NCBI RefSeq assembly: GCF_963921235.1
Contig: NC_086108.1
Location: 77,564,001-77,628,000 of the forward strand
Direction of reading: 5' to 3'
Source of the DNA: Mobula hypostoma
Lineage: Eukaryota
Length of the DNA stretch: 64,000 nucleotides
The stretch's first letter is position 1. Each line of letters opens with the position of its first letter. The notes under the pieces were generated by a model. It was given only the letters and a program-made list of their open reading frames with translations, did not search any database and was not told where the DNA came from. Of the stretch, positions 12,056 to 23,957 are shown piece after piece. The position numbers and the translations under genes were made by a program.

Positions 12056-13427
12056 CCTTCCCTCAATCTGTCCAAATGTCTTTAAAGTGTTGTATATGTC
12101 CCTGCCTCTACAACTTCCTCTCATAGCTCATGCCCGATACCGATCATCCTTTGTGAGAAAAACCTGCCCCTCAGGCTCCTTTAAATCTTTACCCTCTCCC
12201 CTTAAACATATGCCCTCTAGCTTTGGGGTCCCCTCCCCCAGGAAAAAGATTGTATCCATTCACCTTACCTATGCCCCTCGTGATTTTATAAACCTCTACG
12301 AATCACCTTTTAAGCCTCCTTTGCTCTATGAAAAGCAGTCCTAGCCTATCCAGACTTATAATTCAATTCTTGGCAAAATCCTTATGAAACTTTTCTACTC
12401 TAGCTTAGCTTTTCCTATAGTATAGCAACCAGAACTGCACACAATATTCCAAGTGTGGTCACACTAATGTCTTGTACAGTTGTAAAGTGTCAACCCATCT
12501 CTTGTACTTAATTCCTGTTAGATGCTTTCTTCACCACTTTGTCTAACCCTGTTGACACTTTCTGGGAACTGTGTACTTGTAGCTCTAGATCTCTCTGTTC
12601 TACAATACTCCATAGGGCCCTGCCCTTTACTGTATAGGTCCTACTTAAGTTTAACTTCACAAATTGCATCACTTCACAATTGCCTAAGAGCCTATAAATG
12701 GAACAGATGGGACTTAAACTGAAGTTGACCTAATGAGGAATACTTTTCAGATTTCAAATTTACCTCACTTGGTGAGTTCATGTTATATTCCATTTTACAC
12801 CATCTACTATTCTATACATTTGAACTAATGCTTCGTGAGGGTAAACTGTGCTTTACATTAATGCCAGTGGCATTGATCTAATGTAAGACAAAGGCAATGC
12901 AAAAGTTAGTTGATTAACTTTCTGACAATGGCGTGATCAGATTTTGATGATTCCTCTGTCATAACAGGTAGGATTTTGTGTATATGTTTTAGGCACACAT
13001 TCCTGCATTCCATTAACTTCACAAGTCAGGAACCCCTCTAGGCTTGAAATGGTTCCACTCACAATAGTCGGAGACAATTACATTAATTCTCATTTCAGTC
13101 TAACATGTCTTCAACCTGCTTGCCTTTTGTCAAGACGGAGTCAGTACCTGGTCAAGGAGAAGAAATAGATGAATAAATGTTGGGGGGGTAGGGAAATTGG
13201 TGCCAGAGTGATTCATTACTGCCCGTGGATTCAGACAGGGTGACAGAAGGACTGAGGTTAAAGTGCTGTCATCACTGGAACGGTAGCTTGTCAGTGGCTG
13301 ACAATTCTCTCTCCATTAGTTATTCTGATGTGAAAGGTTATGTTAAAAAGATCATAAACACTCTTGCTTTTGTTGTGTGGATTACAGCATAGCAGCAAGC
13401 TGGTTTACAGAGTAGAAGGATCATGAG

Positions 13428-14753
13428 ACAGGTTAGTAGGACTCTGTGCCTCAGATGTTAAGTGTAATGGCCAACTTCTTGTATGCTTCAATAAACGAGT
13501 CCTCAATAACTGAGAGCTCAGCCTCCAAAAGCACACATACACAAATGTCATCTGTATACGCCACCTTTATTACCGAGGTTGGAGTGAATTTAATCTTGGA
13601 GTGCATGAGTCAAAGGTTAAAGAGTTTGTCCTTATTCTTGTTGGTTAGCTCCACTCAGGATGGAAGCTTGTTGAGGTGAGGTGCACTGCAATGTAAAGGA
13701 ATGATAACATCTTAATATTATTGATAAAGATTGATAATATTCTTCTGGTAACTACCCCACCCCCCCCCCCCACTTCTCCATTCCCCATTCCCATTTCCCT
13801 CTCTCACCTTATCTACTTACCTGCCCATCAGCACCCTCTAGTGCTTCTCCCCCTTCTCTTTCTCCCATGGCTTTCTGTATTTAAATTCCCCCTTCTCCTG
13901 CCCTTTATCTCTTTCACCAATTGACCTCCCAGTTCTTTACTTCACCCTACCCCTTCTCCCGGTTACACCTATGGCTTGTACTTCTACCTTGTACTTCTTC
14001 CTCTCCTCCCCCCTCCTCCAACCTTATTACTCTAATTTTTCTCTCATCTCTTTTTTCCAATACTGAGGAAGGGGCTTGACCCAAAATGTTGACTGTTCAC
14101 TCTTTTCCATAGATGCAGCTTGGTCTGCCGAGTTCCTCCAGCATTTTGTGTGTGTTGTTTGGGTTGCTAATATTGTTGGGGTAATGCTGTAGAGCAGTGT
14201 CTTATGACGATAAAGGCTGATGGTGAGACCTTAGAAAGCATGGACAATCCTCCACTTCTTGGGTGCCATCTCTCACTGGCAGCTGTCATCAATTCAATGA
14301 TTGAGTTTATCATATTTAAATTTGCACCTGACCCACTGAGGAAAAGAGTGTGTAAAGAACAAGTCTAAAAAGTTCTTCAAAGTCTCTGAAAGGATAAACG
14401 AACCAATGTCATTCTTCTTTCCCAATATTGCCAGCACTGAGATCCCAAATTGGCTCAGTTGGCTCCACATCCAGGCACAGAATTTGAACACGTAACACCA
14501 GACTCCCAAAGTAATTATTCCATCATGAGCTCTGCCACAAGAAGTCATTACAGGTAGACAATTAAAATGATTGAAGGACAGCCTAAGAACCTCCTTGAAA
14601 AACTGCAACTTTAATTCATCCCACTCATCCTCTGCCTCACCCATGGCAGAGCCTACGAGCTCACATTGCTATCATTAGTCACCGACAGAACTCAGAGGAC
14701 CGGAGAAGAAACTATTCATCCTCAGTCCCTCAGGACTACCTAAGAAGAAGAGA
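13428..14753. mobile_element. Decayed RTE-clade LINE with 5' inversion (13428-~14205 minus; ~14205-14753 plus), TSD atcatgag
   Basis: Minus strand: VIKVAYTDDICVC..EAEL..DSFIEAYKKLAITLNI (RT YADD region). Plus strand: IKADGETLE, LRKRV, RLPK; aagaagaag tail. atcatgag at 13420-13427 and 14754-14761. Confidence 0.75.
13742..14167 (+). mobile_element. Penelope-like pLTR inserted in the RTE, with a decayed hammerhead at ~14058-14095
   Basis: Pyrimidine-rich tract followed by ctgaggaaggggcttgacccaaaatgttgactg...gagttcctccagcattttgtgtgtg; taatatt on both flanks. Confidence 0.8.
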
Positions 14754-14811
14754 ATCATGAGCCATAGAGTAAAAATGTTCAGCATAGTGAACCTGTATTG
14801 GTTCTTAAAAA

Positions 14812-15545
14812 GTTCCAAGTTCAAAGTAAATTTATTATCAAAGTATATATACGTAACCATATACAATCCTGAGATTTGTTTCCTTGCAGGCATGCTGCTT
14901 AAATCCAAGAAACATAATTGAATCAATGAAAAACTCCACCCAACGGGATGGACAAACAACCAATGTGCAAAAGACCACAAACTGCAAATGCGAAAGAAAA
15001 AAACTAAAAAAATAAGCAATAAATATCAAGACCATGAGCTGAAGGGTTTTTGAAGTGAGTCCATAGGTTGTGGGAACAGTTCAGTGATGGGGCAAGTGAA
15101 GTTGAGTGAAGTTACCTCCACTGATTCAAGAGCCTGATGGTTGACAGGTAATAACTGTTCCTGAACACAGTCCTGAGTCTCCTATACCTTCTTCCTGATG
15201 GCAGCAGTGACAAGCATGCCTGAGTAGTGGGGGTCCTTGATGATGGATACTGCTTTCTTGTGACAGAGCTACCTCTAAATGTGCAAGATGGTGGGACGGC
15301 TTTACCTGTGCTTGACTGGGCTGTAGCCTCTAGTTTCTGTAGGAACTTCAGTTCAAAGGGCATTGGTGTTTCCATACCAGGCGGTGGTGCAACCTGTCAA
15401 TATACTCTCCATTGCACATTTATAGAAGTTTGTAAAGGTTTTAAATGTCATGCTGAATCTTTGCAAACTCCTAAGGAAGTAGAGGCATTGCTGTGCTTCC
15501 TTCATAATTGCACTTACGTGCTGGGCCCAGGTCAGGTGCTCTGAA
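14812..15545 (-). mobile_element. Rex1/Babar-like LINE 3' fragment
   Basis: EHLTWAQHVSAIMKEAQQCLYFLRSL..ESILTGCTTAWYGN and LLPSGRRYR..NSYYLSTIRLLN. Confidence 0.85.
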
Positions 15546-15656
15546 ATGAAAAAAGTCGTCCAGTGACTGCATTCCCCCAAATTATTCTCCATATCTCTGT
15601 ATAAAGTTACATTTCAAGTGTGGATTTAATTACCTTTTGAAAAGGAAAGGCGTGAG

Positions 15657-16293
15657 GAGAAGATGGTGGCGCGACGCAGTGTGCGCAGCTTCTCCGGTGA
15701 AATGATATCGTATTTGTTAAATAGGGTACTGTGCACAATTCTGATTTGATGGAGACAGCTGTGAGAAGCACGGAGGAACATCTGGAGAAACTTCTGAAAT
15801 GCCCGGTTCGCTGCCGCTGCTACTGTGCGATTGAGAATCTCCAGAGGGAAGGCCCCAAATCCTTGGCTTTGCCTGCTGCTGGCGACCGGGGTTGGGGTCG
15901 AAGCGCTCGGAAGAAATGGTGCTCGGTGCTCGGTGTCGGAGGGTTGGTCGGAGGCTTGAAGTGTTCGGATGACTCAGAATCGGACTGTGGTCGATCATGG
16001 CGGGGAGAGTTTTCTTCCTTCTCCTGTCTGCATGTGATGTGGGACTTTCGAGAGAATTTGAACTTTTTTTTACCATGCCCATGGCCTGTTCTTCATCAAG
16101 TTATGGTATTGCTTGCACTGTTGTAACTATATGTTATAATTACGTGATTTTTGTCAGTTTTTCAGTCTTGGTCTGCCCTGTGTTTCTGTGATATCACACT
16201 GGAGGAATATTGCATCATTTCTTAATGCATGAATTACTAAATGACAATAAAAGAGGACTGTGTGTCCTCATAATCCAATCTAATCTAATCTAA
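15657..16293 (+). mobile_element. Non-autonomous retroposon: CpG-rich head, (AATCT)n tail
   Basis: Starts aagatggtggcgcg; ends aataaaag...aatccaatctaatctaatctaa; CpG-rich in an AT-rich context; no RT homology. Confidence 0.6.
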
Positions 16294-17017
16294 ACTGGAA
16301 TGATTTACGTACTTTGCTTTTCAAGAAACAATCATAGCTATTTTCAGTTTGTAACTATTTGTAACAGAAATTTCCGTTTGTAACAGAAATTTTGAAACAT
16401 TGCTGTCATTCTACTAAGTACGCTTCGCACCTCTTCATATTATAAAAGGACACTGAGTCACTGGAAATAGTGCAGAAAAGAGTTGCAAGGCAATCTGAGA
16501 ATACGTTTATTAATTAAGAGCAAGGTGGCAATTTTACTCTGATAAACTGTCTCACATTTATGGTGACATTGTAGGTTATGAAATATTCAGTAGAATTAAT
16601 GTTATTGCTTATACAGGAGCTGCCATATATCCTACTGAATTTTTGGCCGCCCTAACCCCATGCTACTTTATTTTGATCAGTTCCCTGTTCCTGCTGCCAT
16701 AATGAACCATCTCACCTTTACTCTGTTGGCTTTCGACTTCTACTTAATTATCCATTCTACAAGTTTGAATATGCTTCCTTCCATGCATTTCAGGTGCTAT
16801 CCTTTACTTTGTTACTTATTCTCTCCAATATGGTATTATATATGAAATTCTGAAATTAGACTTTTTGAGAATTTCTCATTTTTGAGGTCAATTGTATCAG
16901 GTGAAAAGAAGTTCCTGTGGGAGACATGGCTCTGAACATCTTTACTCTTTAATGCTTTTCAGCTATTTTTCAATCCCATTCCAATAAAATACTAACCCTG
17001 CACATCCTAATTTTTAT

Positions 17018-17135
17018 AAACACAAGAGATTCTGCCGATTCTGGAAATCCAGAGCAACACACACAAAATGCTGGAGGATCCATACAGTCTGGTTGACCTG
17101 ATGAGTTACTTCAGTAATTTATAGGTGTTGTTCTA
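17018..17135. mobile_element. Short inverted PLE pLTR remnant
   Basis: Minus-oriented pLTR end (aaacacaagagattctg..aatgctggagga) abutting plus-oriented gacctgatgagtt..gtgttg. Confidence 0.65.
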
Positions 17136-17829
17136 ATTCTCATAATATGAATTTATGTGGCATTTCTTTAAAGACCTTTCAAAAATTTATGTGTGGTTGA
17201 TTTTCTCTTTCTGGTATTTCGATATACATGATAGACAAAACATTTTATAGATATACATACTGGCTTATTTTTACTGATTATCATTTGTTTCTCAAAGTTT
17301 TGCTATCTGATCTCTTAGCAAAGATTTTACCTTCTCTACCATTGGCATGGCATGTCTCCAGTGGCTTGGATAGTTCATGTCTCTGAAGCTTATAGAAAGA
17401 TGGGGATTACTGTTGCCTTGTTTGAAAGTTTGGTTTTGAAACATTCAATTTCTTAGTCAGATGAAGAGTGTTTTGGTATGCTAGAGTTGGTGCTGAATTT
17501 CATCACCAGTGTCTAGTTTCATTGAGAGATAGCTCATAAGGTATTTTAAGGTGACACTGTGGTGTGGATGGAAATGCCACTACTCCATCGAGCTGAAAAT
17601 CTAGATTCAGTCTCAACCTCTGGAGCTGTCTGTGTGTTAATGCTCTCGCTTTTTTTTTTATTTGGTTCCTTTTTGTTTCTCTGGATTCCTCTCTCATTAC
17701 AAAGTCATGTAGGATGGCAGGCTAATTAGACATTGTAAATTGTCCCCGGTGTGCAAAGACTTGTGGAACATTTATGAGAATATAGGGAGAATTAAAAACC
17801 ATGATTTATATAGAATTAAGTAAATAGAT

Positions 17830-20055
17830 GGTAAATGGTTTGCATTCAAAGCTAGTCACCCCATTACAGGAAGGATGTGGAGGCTCAGAAGAAGTTTACC
17901 AGGATGCTGCCTTGATTGGAGAGCATATGCTCTGAAGAAAGATTAGACATATGTGGGTTTTCACTCTGGAGTGCAGAAGCTCAGGAGATCTGATAATAAA
18001 TTTTATAAAATTATGAAAAGCATAGATAGAGTATACAGCTGGTACCCTTTTCCTAGGGCAGAAATGTGTAATATTAAATGAAGTGCACTTAAGATGAGAG
18101 GAGGAATTTCAAAGGAGATATGCAGAGCAAGATTTTTACACAGAAAGTGATGGGTGCTTGGAATGTGCTGCCAGGGATGGAGGCAACTTCAATAGAAGTG
18201 TTAAGAGGGTCTTAGATTGGCAAATGAAAATACAGAGATATGTAGGGACAGGTTTAGTAGGCATTTCACAAAGAAGTATAAGCAATGTAAGAGAACGTTT
18301 AAGATGAAAATCAGCAGAGCCAAAAGAAGGTATGAAATTGCTCTGGCAGACAAGGTGATGAAAAATTCCAAGGAGTTCTACATATATATTAAGCGCAAAA
18401 AGATAACAAGGGATAATATTCGTCCTCCTAAAAAATCTGTGTGGTCATCTATGAACGTAGCAATTATACTTCATTAGGAGTTTAAGGAGATTTAGTAGGT
18501 CACCAAAAGCTCTAGGAAATTTCTACATATCTACGGAGGAGAGCATTCAGAGTGGTTGCACCTCTGCTTTGTATGGAGGCTCCAATGCACCAGATTAGGA
18601 GAGGCTGCAGAAGATTATAGATTCAGCCAGCTCCATCATGGGCAGAAACCCAGTACCTTGATGAAGACAGAGTAGTGGACATGGTATATATGGATTTTAG
18701 TAAGGTGTTCGACAAGATTCCTCACAATAGGCTCATTCAGAAAGTCAGGAGGCATGGGATCTCGAGCATTTTGGCTGCATGGATTCAGATTTGTCTTGCC
18801 CACAAAAGGCAGAGGATTGCAGTAGATGGAGCGTATTCTTCCTGTAGTTATTGTTGTGGTGTTCTGCATGGATCTGTCTGGGATCCCTGCTCTTTGTGAT
18901 TTTTATAAATGTCTTGAATGAGGAAGTAGAAAGGTGGGTTAGTAGATTTGCAGATTACACGAAGGTTGTTGGTTTTGTGGATAGTGTGGAAGGTTGTTTT
19001 AGGTTACAATGGAACATTGATAGGATGGAGAGCTGGGCTGAAAAGTAGCAGCTGGAGTACAATCTGGAATAGTGTGAAATGATACACTTTGGCAGGTCAA
19101 ACCTGAAGACAAAATACAGGGTTAATGGCAGGATTCTTAGCAGTGTGGAGGAACAGGGGGATCTTGGGGTCCATGTCTATAGATCTCTCAAAGTTACTAT
19201 TGATAAGGTGGTTAAGAAAGTGTATGCTGTGTTGGCCTTTATTAATCGGGAACAGAGTTCAAGAGCCATGGTGTAATATTACAGCTCTATAAAACTCTGG
19301 TTAAACCACACTTGGAGTATAGTGTTCAGTTCTGATCACTTCGCATAGTGGTTAACACAATTCTATTACAGCTTGGGGCATCAGAGTTCGGAGTTCAATA
19401 CCGATGACATCTGTAAGGAGTCTGTATGTTCTCCCCAAATATCGCATAGGTTTTCTTCAAGTTCCCCTCCCAATCCAAAGATTGGTCATTGTAAATTGTC
19501 CCGTGATCAGGCTAAGGGTAAATAAGGGGTCGCTGAGTGATGTGGCATGAAGGGCCGGAAGTGACTTTCCCATGCTGTATTTAAATAAATAAATATATAT
19601 CATAGGAAGGATGTGGAAGCTTTAGAGAGGATGCGGAGAAGATTTGCCAGGATGCTGCCTGGATTATAGAGCATGACTTAAAAGCTAGAATGAGCTAGGG
19701 CTTTTCTCTTTGGAGTCAAGGAGTGACTTGATAGAGGTGAATTTTCCAGGGCAGAAATAGCTAATACAAGTGGGCATAATTTAAGGTAATTGGAGGAGAG
19801 TATAAGGGGATAAAAGAGGTAGCTTTTTTTTCACGCAGAGACTAATGGGTGCATAGAACATGCTGCCAGGGTTGGTAGTAAGGATAGATATATTAGAGAC
19901 ATAATACATGTCATTAGATAGGCACAAGGATAAAAGAAAAATGGAGGGCTATGTGTGAGGGAAAGGTAAGATTGATCTTAGCGTTGGTTAAAGGTTCAGT
20001 AAAACATCAAGTCCAAAGGGCATGTGCTGTGCTGTTCTATGTTCTATGTTCTAAG
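17830..20055 (+). mobile_element. Cluster of decayed CR1 fragments (3' piece 17830-18215, upstream piece 18220-18450, RT-to-tail 18655-20055), with a Rex1-like fragment at ~18460-18650 and a SINE inside
   Basis: DMVYMDFSKVFDKIPHNRL, LLFVIFINVLNEEVERWVSRFADYTK, IHFGRSN..DLGVHV; (ttctatg)n tail at ~20035-20053. Confidence 0.9.
19343..19600 (+). mobile_element. tRNA-derived V-SINE-like element (HE1/HER1 type)
   Basis: A-box-like tagtggtt, B-box-like gttcaatacc, V-domain-like ggagtctgtatgttctcccc..tcccaatccaaaga..tgtaaattgtccc, (aaat)n tail. Confidence 0.75.
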
Positions 20056-20064
20056 CCTTCTCAT

Positions 20065-20420
20065 CAATGAAGACATCTTCAGGCAATGGTGCCTGAAGAA
20101 GGCAGCATCCATCGTTAAAGTACCCTCATCATCCAGAACATGCCCTCTTCTCATTACTATCATCAGGGAGGAGGTACTGGATCCTGAAGACCTATATTCA
20201 ATGATTTAGGAACATCTTCTTCCCCTCTGCCACCAGATTCATGAACAGTCCATGAGATCATGAACACTACCCAACTCTTCCTCTTTTGCATTACTTATTT
20301 GTTTTATTTCTCATTATAATCTATAGTAAGTTTTTTTATGGCTTGTGTTGTACTGCCACCAAACAACAAATTTTATGACATATGTCATTGGTAATGGACT
20401 TGATTCTGGTTCTGATTCTA
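20065..20420 (+). mobile_element. Rex1-like LINE 3' fragment
   Basis: gcctgaagaaggcagcatccatc..catcagggaggaggtac..ttcttcccctctgcc; tail tgattctggttctgattct. Confidence 0.7.
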
Positions 20421-21689
20421 GTTACTCATTTAATTTTTTTTGGCACATCATGAGCTGAACAGCCAGTCCTGTGCTGTACCACTCTAAGCTCTATGGTCTA
20501 GGTAGTCCTATTTCCATGCTGTTCCTTTCTGTGATTCTCTCATTCTACATGGACACATCATTGACATTTATTAATGGTGGGAGAGGGTGATGGGAGTTGT
20601 GCAGCAAGGACTAGTTGGTAGGAGTCCTTTGTTCTCTGGATATTTATTAGTAAGATTTATTCTCCCAATTCCCTTACTGTACAAGCCAACGATGACTTGG
20701 TGTTTGGGCTCTGAGCATGTGCAAACGTAAGTATCATCTGTATTCTGTTGTTGAATGACTATAATTGGATTGTTCTGATTCTGATCACCCAGTAGTTTAA
20801 CTCCAAGCCGACCGGAAGTTGCTTGCAGCAACAAAGATTAAGAAAAGGCTTGGAGTGAAGACACAGCCTTGCTTAATTCCAAGAGGGAATCTGTAGCAAA
20901 CCTGTTGATTAGAATCATAGCTTGCACATCAAAATGTATAAAAAGAAACATGCAACTAAAGTCACTTTTTGAAAATTGAAGCTGAGCAAACATCAGAAGA
21001 TTCCTAGCGGATTGGTTTGGATTTCCTTTTGTTTCTCCTTTTACTATAAAGGCTTTCGCAGTTCTGATCTTTCCACATTTGATCACGTTGAATAAACACA
21101 AGCAGGCATCCCTTGGAGGGTTACAAGAAAAGATTTTTTTAATGTTTTGTTTGTACGGTCTGGCAAATAACTGACTCTCTTTCCTGTTCACATTGCTGTC
21201 TGTTAACATCTATCCAGACATTTTTATCTGAATTATTTTGACTTTAATTGTATAATTGGTGGTATGTTCACTTTCATCAAGTGTTTTTGTGAGATTCTAT
21301 CAACAGTGGTGGAGCAGACACTTAAGAATATGTTTCACAGCACTTAACACATAGAAAATATTATCAAATTGTGTGGCCTGCTTTAACAAGTAGCTTGGGA
21401 ATCGTTGTGCCTTTACAACATTTACAACAACCTGTTTTTGCCCTGATCTGTAACTAATTTGGGTTAAATTTGAGAAAATTAGGGATTCAGGGCACGGATT
21501 CTTTTGGTGGTGGGGTTATGAGGCCTGCTAATGTGAATCTGGAACAATGACTCCTGCATTTTTTGGCACAATGTGATCCTGCCATATTTCCATTTGACCC
21601 TCATCATTAAGTGAACTTCATTCAGATTCAGATTAGCTGTGGTTTATTGAGAATGACCCAAGAGTGAAGGTCTGGGTTGCTTGTTCTTG

Positions 21690-22950
21690 ACAGTTTTCCT
21701 GCTACTTTTATTCTACAATGCAGTTGTGAATACTATATTGTGCTAAATTCTGTATGTTTTGGTAAATGGCATCGTGGAGCATTATAAATGGAACTTGGAG
21801 ATGACACAGAAGTTGGTAGGAAATCAAATAAAGAATGCCTAGGGAGGTCACAAAGATCTATAGGTAGCCTAGATGAGTTGGAATAAATCTGTAATGTGAA
21901 GAATAATATGGGAGAAATGTGGTATAGTTCATCCTAGCAGAAAAAAACAGAAAAGCAAATAAGCATATAATCTAAATGATGAGATGATAGAGCTGAGATG
22001 CAGGGATATGTGGGTGTTCTCCTGCAAAATTTGCAAATGACTAACCTGCAGCTACAAGTAGTTAAGAAAACTGACCAAATGTTAATGTTCGTTGTTAGGT
22101 GAATTGAATACAAATGTAGGATGTTTATACTTCACTTGTACATGATATTGGAAAGATCTGATCTTGTGTGTCATTCATCATATCAGTCTTCTTGTTCAAT
22201 GATGTTAACATGTTGGAAATAGGTTTACTAGACAAATAGCTGGAAAAGGTCAGTTTTATTCTGAACAGAAATTAAATAGACTACACACATAACACACACG
22301 TTCTGGCTTCTGCCCCCTTCCTTACCCGCCCTAATGAAGAGTCTCGACTGGAAACGTTGATTGTTTATGTCCTTCTATAGATGCTGCCTGACCTGATGAG
22401 TTCCTCAAGCATTTTGTATGCTCCAGCTTTTCCAGCAGCTACAGTCTCTATTGTAACTAAATAGGCTAGGCTTGTATCCACAGTAGCTTAAGGAGTGAGG
22501 TGAGAATAGATTGAAAAATAAGATCCTGAGGGGTTTCTGACAGGAGAATGATGGACAGAATGAGTGTCAAAGCAATGCTTCCTTTTGTGAGTGAATAGAG
22601 AAAAAGGGTTCACTATTTAAAAATAAAAGGGCTGTCATTTAAGAAATTACTTTGACATTTCAGACTGAGACCCTTCATCAGGACATTAGTGGATGAAGTT
22701 ATGTTTGGTAACTCATTGTGAACCTTTGCAACTCTTCCTCAACAGGCAGTGGAAGAAAAGGCTTTGATTATTTCTTAGGTAGATGTAGATAGGTACTTGA
22801 TGTACAAGGAGGTGAAAGTTTGCTGGGGATAGACAGGAATACAGAGTTGATGCTACAGTCAGGTCAGCCATGATCTTAATAAATGACTGAACAGGTTTGA
22901 GGGGCCAAGGCTTACATCTGCTTTTATTTCGTATGCTTATATGTTTATGG
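21690..22950 (+). mobile_element. Very old CR1 fragment with PLE pieces inserted (~22290-22452 and 22653-22684)
   Basis: gatgacacagaagttgg (DDTKLG-like), CR1-like 3'UTR cagccatgatctta..gaggggcc; pLTR-like ggaaacgttgattg..gatgctgcctgacctg. Confidence 0.7.
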
Positions 22951-23359
22951 GTTCCTTAAAGATACTTACACACCTGTTTGGGATTAAGGAATTATTTACT
23001 CTCTGCAGGGTCATAGGGAATTAGATTAAACTTAATGCACAATTTCTCCTCATCCTGTATCTGTATCTCACTACCGTCTGCCACTCAACTACTAAAAATG
23101 ACGGACTTCCATAATGAACCATCCTTTCATAACTTCAAAATTAACAAATTATCACTTAACTCCTCAGTTGCAGTGAGAACAACTTCATTTTCAAATCTTT
23201 CTCTGTATTCATATTTTTTTCAGTCATTCAAATCTTAATACAATGGATTTATCGTTTCCATACATATACTTGTTCTGGCCATGGACAATAGAAGTTCATA
23301 ATGAAACATCCGGTGAACGTAGTTCATATATGAACTTCTGACATTTATGTATAATATAA

Positions 23360-23957
23360 CATGGGGACGGGTAAGTCCTGGGCTGGATGTCCTGCTGAAT
23401 TAAGGAAGGTGAAGCATCTTCCTTGCCTCTCCTTTCCATTGCTAGGCTTGTCATGCAGGAGGTCACTCACATATGGCCTCTCCTACACTACTGTGCCCAT
23501 AGCAACGCCTTCACATGGTGTCCCTGTTCTTACTCAGTTTGCTATGTCCTGGTGTGACCGAGTGTCCAGTGGTATAACTGGGTGGACAGGCTGGGCTCAT
23601 CAGTCTTGGTTGGCAGGCAGCCCAGGAGAAGGACAACTCCAATTTCGAACCAGGGTACATGGGACTCATTAGCCTTGCCAGGCAGTTTGTCTAAGAGAAA
23701 GAAAACTCTGATACTCAACCTACAACCTTGCGGTTGCCGCGATCATCACAGCTCGCTGTGCCATTGTGGAACATCTCCCAGCCTAAAGGGTGGACCGATC
23801 CTCACTACAAGCCTATGTAGTGCACTTGGCAAGAAAAAGGTTCTACAGCGATGGAGAAAGTGTGTCTCCAGTCACCAACGATCGTGCCGTTGCTCCTGTG
23901 CACTATTTTTCCCTCTTGATCTTTGCAAGCGAAGAACCAGCCATCATCATCATCATA
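23360..23957 (+). mobile_element. Probable non-autonomous RTE-derived element ending in (CAT)n
   Basis: Duplicated RTE-5'UTR-like motif (ggagaaggacaactcc / aagagaaagaaaactctg); tail gccatcatcatcatcat. Confidence 0.5.

Larger units (their letters stand above)
11430..12690 (-). mobile_element. Old CR1 3' fragment, interrupted by a PLE at 11544-12055
   Basis: accacacttggaatattgtgtgcagttctgg (PHLEYCVQFW) on the minus strand near 12435-12462; CR1-type tail at 11430-11520. Confidence 0.8.

Noticed and set aside
14294..14644. 116-aa minus-strand ORF as a host exon
   Set aside because: It is antisense to a decayed RTE (LRKRV and RLPK motifs on the plus strand)
19343..19410. tRNA gene (also ~48210-48275)
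   Set aside because: A/B-box-like heads continue into SINE bodies and tails; no full cloverleaf
20838..21209. 123-aa ORF and nearby accggaagt/CCAAT motifs as a gene or promoter
   Set aside because: No recognisable domain, splice structure or CpG island
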